Positions 1-9,763 of a DNA stretch of 15,339 nucleotides are shown here, piece by piece. Numbering within the stretch: the stretch's first letter is position 1; each line of letters starts with the position of its first letter. Made by a program: the position numbers and the translations under genes. Source of the DNA: Tubiluchus corallicola (taxonomy: Eukaryota > Animalia > Priapulida); NCBI GenBank assembly GCA_030141605.1, contig JAQGDQ010002089.1:1-15339 (forward strand), in the 5' to 3' direction. A model generated the notes under the pieces. It was given only the letters and a program-made list of their open reading frames with translations. It did not search any database and was not told the DNA's origin.

Positions 1-109
1 TTCTCACAGTATTGAGTAATTGTTGCTGATTTGCTTGTGGCTTTATTCTAAAGATTCTCACAGTATTGTTGATTAATTGTTGCACAGTTGTTTGTGGCTT
101 ATTCTAAGA
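1..109. repeat. Two diverged copies of a ~54-bp intronic tandem repeat, probably truncated by the window start
   Basis: ttctcacagtattg...taattgttgc...ttgtggctt(t)attctaa occurs at 1 and again at 55. Confidence 0.75.
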
Positions 110-146
110 CGGTCAAGTTTTGCTTTGTTTTTTTTTGTATTAATAG

Positions 147-270
147 GAATTAGCCCTCATTAAACCAATCTTGGCAGTATCTGGTTCTATAGCTGCATTG
201 TTAGCTGCTATCATTGTTGCTGGATTTGTCTTGTTTGCATACACAACAAAGCAATGGTTTTCCAGTGACA
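147..270 (+). CDS. Gene 1 internal exon encoding a transmembrane helix (ELALIKPILAVSGSIAALLAAIIVAGFVLFAYTTKQWFSSD)
   Basis: Long T tract then taatAG acceptor (145-146). The 124-nt frame is open and includes a ~25-aa hydrophobic run. Donor A|GTAAGT at 271 is phase 1 and joins in frame to the downstream exons. Confidence 0.85.
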
Positions 271-282
271 GTAAGTGTAATT

Positions 283-1115
283 TTGAGCATGAGGTTGCGC
301 CTTTTTACATGAGGTACAGCTTTCGGCATGTGGTGCCAATTTTAACATGAGGTTTGGCTTTCAGCATGAGGTGCCGCTTTTTACATGAGGTACAGCTTTC
401 GGCATGTGGTGCCAATTTTAACATGAGGTTTAGCTTTCAGCATGTGGTGCCGCTTTTAACATGAGGTACAGCTTTCAGCATGAGGTGCCACTTTTAACAT
501 GAGGTTTAGCTTTCAGCATGTGGTGCCACTTTTAACATGAGGTACAGCTTTCAGCATGAGGTGCCACTTTTAACATGAGGTTTAGCTTTCAGCATGTGGT
601 GCCACTTTTAACATGAGGTACAGCTTTCAGCATGAGGTGCCACTTTTAACACGTAGTACAGCTTTCAGCATGAGGTGCCACTTTGAGCATGTGGTGCCAC
701 GTTTAACATGAGGTAGAGCTTTCAGCACGTGGTGCCACTTTTAACATGAGGTACAGCTTTCAGCATGTGGTGCCACTTTTAACACGAAGTACAGCTTTCA
801 GCATGAGGTGCCACTTTTAATACGAAGTACAGCTTTCAGCATGTGGTGTCACTTTTAACATGAGGTAGAGCTTTCAGCATGTGGTGCCACTTTTAAAATG
901 AGGTACAGCTTTCAGCATGTGGTGCCACTTTTAACAAGAGGTACAGCTTTCAGCATGAGGTGCCACTTTTAACATGCGGTACAGCTTTCAGCATGAGGTG
1001 TCACTTTTAACATGAAGTACAGCTTTCAGCATGAGGTGCCACTTTTAACATGAAGTACAGCTTTCAGCATGTGGTGCCACTTTGAGTATCAGGTGCATGA
1101 GATATTTTGAGCATG
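283..1115. repeat. Intronic minisatellite, 38-bp unit made of two related 19-mers, ~21 copies
   Basis: Unit aacatgaggtacagctttc+agcatgtggtgccactttt, with starts at 420, 458, 496 and onward. Both ends are degenerate. Confidence 0.95.
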
Positions 1116-1364
1116 AGCGGAGCACACTGAGCATCATCAGAAACCTACAATGTGAGTTGGTAAAAAAGCCAAATAAGAGCTCGTAATTTATACCAATATT
1201 TCATAATGATTTTACATAAATGTTTTTTTTGAAATAAAAATAATTCTAGTTGAGACATGCTTTGTTGATGAGTTAATATTGTCTGCTTGTCACGATTCAG
1301 CAGAAAAGGCTGCACGTTTGAATAAGATTGGTACTTATATAAATTTCTTTCTTTCTTTTGACAG

Positions 1365-1397
1365 AACCTGCAGAGACTTGTACTTCCTGGAAGAAAT
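1365..1397 (+). CDS. Gene 1 33-nt microexon ((K)PAETCTSWKK), phase 1-1
   Basis: Strong pyrimidine tract tttctttctttcttttgacAG (AG at 1363-1364) and donor T|GTGAGA at 1398. Length is a multiple of 3 and the frame is open. Confidence 0.7.
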
Positions 1398-1502
1398 GTG
1401 AGATTTTGATTTGTCATTATTTTTGAAAGTTGTTTTTTATCTAAGCATTTTAGCGCTTTACAATGCTGGATTATTTGGGTATCTATTAAATTGAAGACCA
1501 AT

Positions 1503-1575
1503 CATGATTGCAGTGGTAGGGTTGGCTGTATTGGATGTGTGATTTAAAGTCCCTAGTTCGAATCCAAGACTGGTT
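1503..1575 (+). mobile_element. Degenerate tRNA-derived SINE-like head (Pol III A and B boxes)
   Basis: A-box-like tgattgcagtgg at 1505-1516 and a canonical B box gttcgaatcc at 1556-1565, at tRNA-like spacing. No complete cloverleaf is evident and the boundaries are approximate. Confidence 0.4.
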
Positions 1576-1731
1576 ATGTTTTGTTTTTGTAATAGTGGAT
1601 TTTTTTACTAACAATAGCTAGTGTAGCTCTGAAAACATTATGTTGTGTAATTTGAAATGTGAGACATGATTTTTACTATTATTTAACTAATTTTAAAATA
1701 GTTAAACTAATTTTTGCTCTTGTTTTTATAG

Positions 1732-1776
1732 CAGCAGACACAGCCGGTCGCGTAAGCCTAAACTTTGCGCATGGAG
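1732..1776 (+). CDS. Gene 1 45-nt microexon ((S)ADTAGRVSLNFAHG), phase 1-1, with a tandem TAG-CAG-CAG acceptor
   Basis: Branch-like ctaat plus a T-rich tract ending tatAG at 1731. A GC-rich island in AT-rich intron DNA, with donor GAG|GTAAGA at 1777. The frame is preserved. Confidence 0.8.
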
Positions 1777-1949
1777 GTAAGAATGAGTCTCTTTTATTGC
1801 AGTAATAATTTTGCTAGGTGGCAGCATAGGTTATTTAAACACTCTTATATGTTGCCTCCTCGAGTGAGGGAAATCCTAGTTTTAAACTGCCCATTATTTT
1901 GTTATTTTTTTAATTTTGATTAAGTATTGCCTGCTTAGCAAAGTGCTTT

Positions 1950-3243
1950 GCTAGCCATCAGCACCACCTGGTGTTCACAGCATTCATTATGCTAGCCATC
2001 AGCACCACCTGGTGTTCACAACATTCAGTATGCTAGCCATCAGCACCACCTAGTCTTCACAACATTCAGTATGCTAGCCATCAGCACCACATGGTGTTCA
2101 CAACATTCAGTATGCTAGCCATTAGCACCACCTGGTGTTCACAACATTCAGTATGCTAGCCATCAGCACCACATGGTGTTCGCAACATTCAATATGCTAG
2201 CCATCAGCACCACATGGTGTTCACAACATTCAGTATGCTAGCCATCAGCACCACCTGGTGTTCACAATATTCAGTATGCTAGCCATCAGCACCACCTGGT
2301 GTTCACAACATTCAGTATGCTAGCCATCAGCACCACCTGGTGTTCACAACATTCAGTATGCTAGCCATCAGGACCACATGGTGTTCACAACATTCAGTAT
2401 GCTAGCCATCAGCACCACCTGGTGTTCACAACATTCAGTATGCTAGCCATCAGCACCACCTGGTGTTCACAACATTCAGTATGCTAGCCATCAGCACCAC
2501 CTAGTGTTCACAACATTCAGTATGCTAGCCATCAGCACCACCTGGTGTTCACAACATTCAGTATGCTAGCCATCAGCACCACCTAGTGTTCACAACATTC
2601 AGTATGCTAGCCATCAGCACCACCTGGTGTTCACAACATTCAGTATGCTAGCCATCAGCACCACCTAGTCGTCACAGCATTCAGTATGCTAGCCATTAGC
2701 ACCACCTGGTGTTCACAACATTCAGTATGCTAGCCATCAGCACCACCTAGTGTTCACAACATTCAGTATGCTAGCCATCAGCACCACCTGGTGTTCACAA
2801 CATTCAGTATGCTAGCCATCAGCACCACCTAGTGTTCACAACATTCAGTATGCTCGCCATCAGCACCACCTAGTGTTCACAACATTCAGTATGCTAGCCA
2901 TCAGCACCACCTGGTGTTCGCAACATTCAGTATGCTAGCCATCAGCACCACATGGTGTTCACAACATTCAGTATGCTAGCCATCAGCACCACATGGTGTT
3001 CACAACATTCAGTATGCTAGCCATCAGCACCACATGGTGTTCACAACATTCAGTATGCTAGCCATCAGCACCACCTAGTGTTCACAACATTCAGTATGCT
3101 AACCATCAGCACCACCTGGTGTTCACAACATTCAGTATGCTAACCATCAGCACCACATGTTGTTTACAACATTCAGTATGCTAGCCATCAGCACCACCTG
3201 GTGTTCGCAACATTCAGTATGCTAGCCATCAGCACCACCTGGT
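1950..3243. repeat. Intronic minisatellite, 41-bp unit, ~31 highly homogeneous copies
   Basis: Unit gctagccatcagcaccacctggtgttcacaacattcagtat, with starts at 1950, 1991, 2032 and onward. Variants are mainly cctgg/catgg/cctag. There are no spacers. Confidence 0.97.
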
Positions 3244-3532
3244 GGTTTGTGCCTGGAAATCTTGATTTGCAAAAGACTTGTGACCGAACTTCAAACAATC
3301 TTTTATTGTCTGGGAACAAAGAGCACAAACATGGTGTCAATATCAACACGACCGTAAAATATTTGAAATATTTCAGTAATACTTCCCATACTCGTTCTAT
3401 TGATTGGTGGCAAATTGTGACTGACGTCAAATACAAAGCATACTTGAAATATTTATGCACTGTTTAGAACTCTCTAGAGGCGAACATTTGAAATGAAGGA
3501 AGGTCTTTACAGTTCCCACACATTTAAATACT

Positions 3533-3625
3533 CTAACCCTAACCCTAACCCTAACCCTAACCCTAACCCTAATCCTAACCCTAACCCTAGCCCTAACCTA
3601 ACCCTTGCCCTAACCTAACCCTAAC
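3533..3625. repeat. Interstitial telomere-like (CCCTAA)n tract, ~15 units, degenerating at its 3' end
   Basis: ctaaccctaaccctaacc... is the reverse complement of TTAGGG. Later units read tcctaa, ccctag, cctaa and cccttg. Confidence 0.92.
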
Positions 3626-4131
3626 TGTGAAGGATTTTAGGTTGTACTTCAGTGTTCTCTCATTCTGTAAACCCCCCTATACTGTCCTCTTTAACTGCAT
3701 TCATGTATGTATGTCTTGACTTGGCTTCTTTCTGTCATGCTCTACTGACAGAGCTAGTTTACCTGGCTAGTTGGCAGTCTGTTCTTGGCTAAGAAAGTTG
3801 TTGTTGTTTGTCTCAGTTAAGCCATTTATTTGTCAAGAGTAGTGGAGCCATGATGTAAGTTTATTTTGATTATTCAGTCTCACTTTAGTATTAATTTCTT
3901 TGTTTTCTTTTTGGCTCAAATTAGTTTGTTATATTTTGTTATGATTTTTTTACAGATAAAACGTAATAAAGCTACTCAAACATGAATTTTTTTTGACTTT
4001 GGGCATCGTGAAGTAGTAGTCTCTCACACTAAGAATAATCCACTTCACAAACTAATTTATTGTGTGTGGTAAATTGTAAATTGCAGCTGAGATGAAAATT
4101 GGTTATCTAATTTATTGATTTTTAACTACAG

Positions 4132-5015
4132 ATGGACGAAAGAGGAAGCCAAAGAGAACACGCCAGTCGACAAGCATAAGAACTATAGCGAAACCCCCTT
4201 TCCTGCAGGCAGCAGAGGGAGAAATGACACCTAGCAATGCTCAATCAACTTCTTCCAGGAGATTTGATGTTTACAGAGAGAATGTGGCGTTAGGTAAAGA
4301 TTCGTCTTTATTAGAGAGAAGATCTGTGAGGAACGCTATTCCATCTTTTCCTAGCCAGATAAGAGGCAGTGGAAGTTTACTAGAAAAGAGGTCAATCAGC
4401 CATGCTTGTCCATCTTCTGCTCCACAAATTGAGGACAAACCAAGTACTTTAGAAAGAAGGTCTATAAGCAATGCCCGTCCATCTTTCATTCCACAAATTG
4501 AGGACAAACCAAGTACTTTAGAAAGAAGGTCTATAAGCAATGCCCATCCATCTTTCATTCCACGATCCGAGGGCAAAGCAAGTACTTTAGAAAGAAGGTC
4601 TATAAGCAATGCCCGTCCATCTTTCATTCCACAATCCGAGGGCAAAGCAAGTACTTTAGAAAGAAGGTCTATAAGCAATGCCCGTCCATCTTCCATCCAA
4701 CAACCCGAGGACAAAGCAAGTATATTAGAAGAAAGATCTATAAGCAATGCTAATCCGTTTCCTGTCCTCTCATCCGAGGCAGATGTAATGTCATCAGAAT
4801 GGAGGTCAGAAAGCACCGAAAGCGAAAGTGGAGGAAATGGTAAGTTGTGTTGGAATTGGAACAAGAGCAGAGATAAAGGAAAGATGCAGGAAAGAGCATC
4901 AGTCAAGTTTGCTCGTCAACATCGTAATAGTCTTGACGCTAGTTCATACGAAGCTGTTGACAATGACAATGTATCCACAGTACGGGAGACTGGTAGGAAA
5001 TTCTCCGAAACGTAG
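4132..5015 (+). CDS. Gene 1 large, probably terminal, exon encoding a low-complexity Ser/Arg-rich cytoplasmic tail
   Basis: Acceptor tttttaactacAG at 4131. Phase-1 entry reads (D)GRKRKPKRTRQSTSIRTIAKPPFLQAAEGE and runs in frame into ORF 4224-5015, whose ATG is therefore an internal Met. TAG stop at 5013-5015. An internal perfect donor at 4840 makes the 3' end uncertain. Confidence 0.8.
4305..4787 (+). repeat. Coding tandem repeat: 7 x 69 bp (23 aa, STLERRSISNARPSFIPQxExKx)
   Basis: aagtactttagaaagaaggtctataagcaatgccc recurs every 69 nt (4442, 4511, 4580, 4649). The flanking copies are diverged but have no indels. Confidence 0.95.
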
Positions 5016-5380
5016 GATGACTTTTGTCACCAAATTGCTAATTGTCTAGTAGCTTTGAATGGGATTGATCACCATTTTGGATCATTAGTTATTTTTTCAC
5101 AGCTTTCAGTGTAGAAACATAGACTGTGTATGGCTTTGTGTAAACACAAGATCAAATACCATTAACTTATAGTGCTATTTGTGCCAAAACAAATTCTGGT
5201 TCTATGTCAAAGTGTTAGAATAATCAGCAAGCTTATCTGAATATTGCTGAAACCCGTAGTACAATGAGATTGTGGTTATTCGTTTCAGCAGCGACTCACT
5301 CAACTTTTGTTTGACTTAGTTTTATACAGTTGTTTCTTGAAAATGGCCATGGAGCCCTCTTGTAAAACCTCATCGTGAAG

Positions 5381-5811
5381 GCTAGCTCTTGTAAAACCTT
5401 ACTGGTATGGTGTCAGTGCAATGCTAGCTCTTGTAAAACCTTACTGCTATGGTGTCAGTGCAATGCTAGCTCTTGTAAAACCTTACTGGTATGGTGTCAG
5501 TGTAAAGCTAGCTCTTGTAAAACCTTACTGGTATGGTGTCAGTGCAATGCTAGCTCTTGCAAAACCTTACTGGTATGGTGTCAGTGTAAAGCTAGCTCTT
5601 GTAAAACCTTACTGGTATGGAGTCAGTGCAATGCTAGCTCTTGTAAAACCTTACTGTGATGGTGTCAGTGCAATGCTAGCTCTTGCAAAACCTTACTGTG
5701 ATGGTGTCAGTGCAATGCTAGCTCTTGCAAAACCTTACTGGTATGGTGTCAGTGCAATGCTAGCTCTTGCAAAACCTTACTGTGATGGTGTCAGTGCAAT
5801 GCTAGCTCTTG
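5381..5811. repeat. Minisatellite, 42-bp unit, ~10 copies, downstream of the gene 1 stop (possible 3' UTR)
   Basis: Unit gctagctcttgtaaaaccttactggtatggtgtcagtgcaat, with starts at 5381, 5423 and onward. A degenerate partial copy precedes it from ~5350. Confidence 0.95.
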
Positions 5812-5872
5812 CACCACTTCATGATGGTATCTGTACTAATTCTTGCATAGTCTGTACCTGATTGGTCTGGAA

Positions 5873-5878
5873 AATAAA
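5873..5878 (+). promoter_or_regulatory. Candidate polyadenylation signal of gene 1
   Basis: First AATAAA I see after the stop at 5015, followed by T/GT-rich sequence. This is weak evidence in AT-rich DNA. Confidence 0.3.
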
Positions 5879-6910
5879 ATATTTATAAGTTGTACATAGG
5901 ATGTTGCAATTTTCTACAATTTTGGGAGATTTTGTTTATCTTTTTGTGTATGTGGATAAATTAACTAGTATTTTGCATCTTAATTATGGATTTATAGACA
6001 TATAATTATTATTCTTTTTTTATTTAATTTTTTTATTTTTAAGTGTTATTATCTATGGTTTTGAAAATAAATTTAAACATTTTTCTGTTCATGTAGGCAT
6101 TACTTGTAAGGTTCATATTTACTTGGTTACTATAATTTAACATTGAAATGGTTTTATATAAAATATCTTTGCAAGTGCAAGAGTTCCCAATGATCCTTGC
6201 AAGAGTTGAAGTATTGAATGTTTAAACAATGTACGTGATTGCAAAGAACAATGACATTCCATATTCCGAAACTTTGGTTGATAATAACATATATGATTAT
6301 ACTAATAAAAATTATGAAAATCTTCAACAAAATTCCACAACAAAGCAACGTTTCATGCCAACAGCCAAAAACCACCAACCTTTGGCATTAAAATTCAAAA
6401 TTACAAGTTGCAAAAAACAAAAAAAGTATGACAAAAATAACAATTAGATAGAAAAGGTTGTAGTGCAAGAGTTAAAACTGAATGCATAAACAAAACTATG
6501 CATGATTTATAACAATGGCTCGTTTATCCCAGGATTTTTCCATTTTTAGAGCATGTAAGCAATTGGTCTTGGCTTTACTGAAGCAAAACAACTAGTGGCT
6601 TAATTGGCATTTGCTGTCAATATATTTTTTACACAATGGTCTGGAAAGCAAAGCAGTTGAAACAACTGTTTGATTTTGTAAAATCAGACATCATACTTTT
6701 AATTACTGGTCATTGGCCAAGCTATATAATACGCTTAGAGCAACATTACATCTCAACAGAATGACGAAAACGGAAATTTATCTTTTATTTGGGGATGTTG
6801 AAATGTGTTTTCACCGTTTATAGTTACAGGACTGCATCTATGATTTACGGAAATTAGGATTTAACTCACGCGATACCTTATTAGTTTATAAACTGAACTG
6901 TGAATCAAAG

Positions 6911-7253
6911 GGTGGGGACTACTTTGCGTACTTCGCGTTGAGCGCACAGGATCATGGGTAAAATGATGTTATTCGATGTGTAAACAAACCCGCGTGGCAA
7001 ATTTTTAACAGTTTCATAGAAGCTAAATCGCTTCTGCAGCGACTCAACTACATAATGAGTTGTAGTATCCAATTCATGTTGTTTGATCACTCAAACGCAA
7101 TCATTCACATCGGATACTACAACAGTCTTGTATGCAGCAGCCATTTTCTGTTCTTGGTTGAATTTCGCGCATACCCATAGTCCTGTGCGCAAAATCCGAA
7201 TCATGCCCACAATTCTGTGCGCTCAACGCGAAGTACGCAAAGTAGTCCTCTCC
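6911..7253. mobile_element. Non-autonomous DNA transposon (MITE), 343 bp, Mutator/MULE-like
   Basis: TIRs of ~50 bp starting GG, with a perfect 34-bp core (ggactactttgcgtacttcgcgttgagcgcacag at 6916-6949; reverse complement at 7215-7248). Exact 9-bp TSD gaatcaaag at 6902-6910 and 7254-7262. The superfamily is inferred from TSD length and TIR form. Confidence 0.9.
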
Positions 7254-7593
7254 GAATCAAAGGCCGAAATCAACGTTTAAAAAACGAAACGAGAAAATGA
7301 CATTTATGATTTCAGAAGTACTGTCTATTGGTATTGAAATTGAAGTAGGTACTGCTGTCACTGCTGTGCTGTTTATGTTATGGTAAACTACAATAATACC
7401 ATCGGTAATCAATAACGAAGATACATACACCATTGTCACCAAAAACAAGTAAAATGGATGAATTAGAGAGTATACAGAGAGAAGCATTGCCACACATTTT
7501 ATGCCAAAAAAGTGATGCGACATATTGGGGTATATGTTGCGTGAAACAAAAGTATATGGTATGTAGGTTTGATTAAAAAAAGGTGCATTCTAG

Positions 7594-8186
7594 TTGCTAA
7601 TGAACTCCAGTAATGAAAGATTAGCTAAACAAGTCCTACAGGTTAAAAGAAACAATAACTTTAAATATTGCTGAATACTCTGAAAATAAAAACACTAAGT
7701 TGAAATACAATATTGACATAAATTTGGTCGGAACAATTCACTCACTAAATCTAGGTGGAAGAAATAATAAAAAATGAAATCAATTTATTTACAGCAAAGG
7801 AAGTTCAAATTAAATTGAACAGCACGACAAAAATTAAGATTTCTAAAAAAATTAGAAATACGTTAAAAAATGTCAATTGGTTGAAATGAAAGAAATTATG
7901 GCTATATGACTTAATATTATGGTTACTCATAAAGCAAATTAGAGCACACCACGGAACACCTTTTTGAATGTTAAGCAATGTGTGTTATTAAATTGGGCCT
8001 AGCAGCGCATGACATAGACAGTTCAAATATAGAACAAATGAGAGAAGATAAAATGTATGTTAACGAAGTATTGCTTTTAAGATTGACGAGGATACTGTAA
8101 GGCAGTCACGACAAAGTGAATGACCTATATAGGGTGATTGACAAGTAAAATAAATTTGCGTATTCGATATAACAAACAAACAAACA
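7594..8186 (+). mobile_element. Decayed 3' end of a non-LTR retrotransposon (post-RT C-terminus of ORF2 plus simple-repeat tail)
   Basis: Translation across frameshifts and stops gives LLMNSSNERLAKQVL...LTKSRWKK...TTKLRFLK...EYVK...IMAI*LN...KAN...HTTEHLFEC (7945-7971, the EH-x3-C half of the C-terminal zinc knuckle). An (ACAA)n run lies at 8171-8186. Recognised by motif recall, not by a database search. Confidence 0.65.
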
Positions 8187-9763
8187 CTTATACACATTTT
8201 GGTGAAGAGTATCTAGTGAATCCACAGTACGGTATCCGGGAGGGCAGGCCCTCAAGTTGAATGAAGGGAGGTGTAGAAATGGCGAAATCAGTTCACAAAA
8301 CCGCGTATGTTCAAATCAGAATGTTGCGCGTTGTGTTATATTTGTGACGGGATTCGTAGTCGATTTCATGTAATTTTGTTTTTGAAGCTTGAATATTGTT
8401 TTATAAATTTGTTTATATTATACAACAATATTTCGTGGCATAACCCTAAATGATTATCAGAGCAATAAACTATTATAAACCTTGAAATGTGTGCAAAACA
8501 GTGTCTTAGACAAGAGTGTGGAAAATGAGAGCTGTTAGTGTTAGTGTTACTCTTACTCTTACTTCGTTCACTAGGACAAAGTGTAATGCTGAGTTAAAGA
8601 TTTCGCGTCCTAAAGAATTATAATTGTAATGTTTTCTGACTATAATTGGTATGAAAGTTGTTCACAAAAACTGGTAAGGATTAATTCTAATCTTACTAAC
8701 TAAATCTTTCATTTTTATTGAGGAGGGTAATTTATCCAATGCAATGCAATGTTTTAGACATTGATTACAAGTCATGTATTATTATCGACCTTGCTGCATG
8801 GTTAGCTATTGTTTCTTGTTTCTTTAGAGTTTCACTTGGGACTTGAAACGAGATTTGAAATGTGCCATCAAGAACTTGTCAATAACCCTGTCACTAGTAT
8901 ACTGAGTTTAAGCAAGTTTGATTACTTGAACTTTTGCTTTGATTATAACATAAGTTTGAATAACATTAGATTATCAATGCGCATCATCACTGTATTTTTA
9001 AAACTATGTCTTAGCTGATAAGAACAAGACAAAAATATTAATGAAAATTTTAACCAAAGTGTTCAGATACGCATGGATGGAAGGTGATGATGCATTCTTG
9101 ACTGGGGCATACCCTGTTGAACTAACTATAAAACCGAAACCAAGTTGTGCCTTGAAAGACAGACTAGTAAGACTTATAAAAACGGAAATTAATTTGACTT
9201 TAACAACATAATTTAACATCTATTATGTTAGGAAGAAGGGTTCATAAGTTTGTTATATTAATTCTTGTAACTACTTAGTTGGCTTGGTTGTTTTGTGGCC
9301 ATGTGAGTTACTCCACATAAAAGAAGAAAGTAGTAGACAAATTCAAAATTCAACAATGATTTTTGCACACGGGAGCAATGCCGGTTGTCTACAGTTATTC
9401 CAGCATAGATAAGAGAACGTCACTAAGTGAATTTAAATTTCGTATTACTAGTAAGTCACATGTCTTTAAGCAGAGGTATAATGTATCCTATGGTGGTCAG
9501 CATAACCACAAATTATGCTGTTGCTGTTTACTAATGAAACACGGCGGTTTATCAGAAGCAATTTACGAATTACAGTGAGGCTAATTTTTTACCAAAATCG
9601 GTTGTAAAAAATCGTGACCCTATAAGGGTTAAGCGAGGACTTTATAAGTGATGTTCATGATCAGGTAACAGGTTTTTTGTTCTTTTTACAGTACGAACAT
9701 TTTATTTTAGGATGTTTGGAATCATTTGTTCACGTTGCTTGACAGGATCTGGTGACACAAACG

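Noticed and set aside
1503-1575. Functional tRNA gene
   Set aside because: A B box is present, but I could not form acceptor and anticodon stems. Kept only as SINE-like.
1812-1827. CTCF-like motifs (ctaggtggcagca here; agatggcagca near 13829)
   Set aside because: Only partial matches lacking the 5' CC core. They cannot be supported without ChIP data or motif scoring.
1950-3243. CRISPR array (also considered for 283-1115, 5381-5811, 10066-10735 and 14674-15339)
   Set aside because: Units are head-to-tail with no unique spacers, there are no cas genes, and the context is eukaryotic and mostly intronic.
4271-4906. 211-aa minus-strand ORF
   Set aside because: It is the antisense shadow of the 69-bp coding repeat. 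The + frame has the splice support.
5375-5861. Cys-rich and 'LVKPYWYGVSAM' repeat-protein ORFs
   Set aside because: A 42-bp unit is a multiple of 3, so two frames stay open by construction. There is no convincing start or splice context.
6197-6520. Degenerate ~55-bp direct repeat (tgcaagagtt...tgaatg...aacaatg) as LTRs
   Set aside because: Too short and diverged, with no TG..CA termini, PBS or TSD.
6905-7280. Pair of small divergent ORFs sharing ILCAQREVRKVV
   Set aside because: The shared peptide is simply the MITE terminal inverted repeat read on both strands.
7257-7523. 88-aa hydrophobic minus-strand ORF, plus other short ORFs at 1145-1501, 3188-3467, 6154-6447, 8809-9578 and 12431-12643
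   Set aside because: Composition is what AT-rich non-coding or repeat DNA yields, with no domain motifs or exon structure.
9041-9212. Short + strand open frame (MKILTKVFRYAWMEGDDAFLTGAYPVEL...)
   Set aside because: No recognisable motif and no convincing splice sites linking it to either gene.
9590-9632. piggyBac-like end (...ataagggTTAA)
   Set aside because: No matching TTAA-ccctta left end was found in the window.
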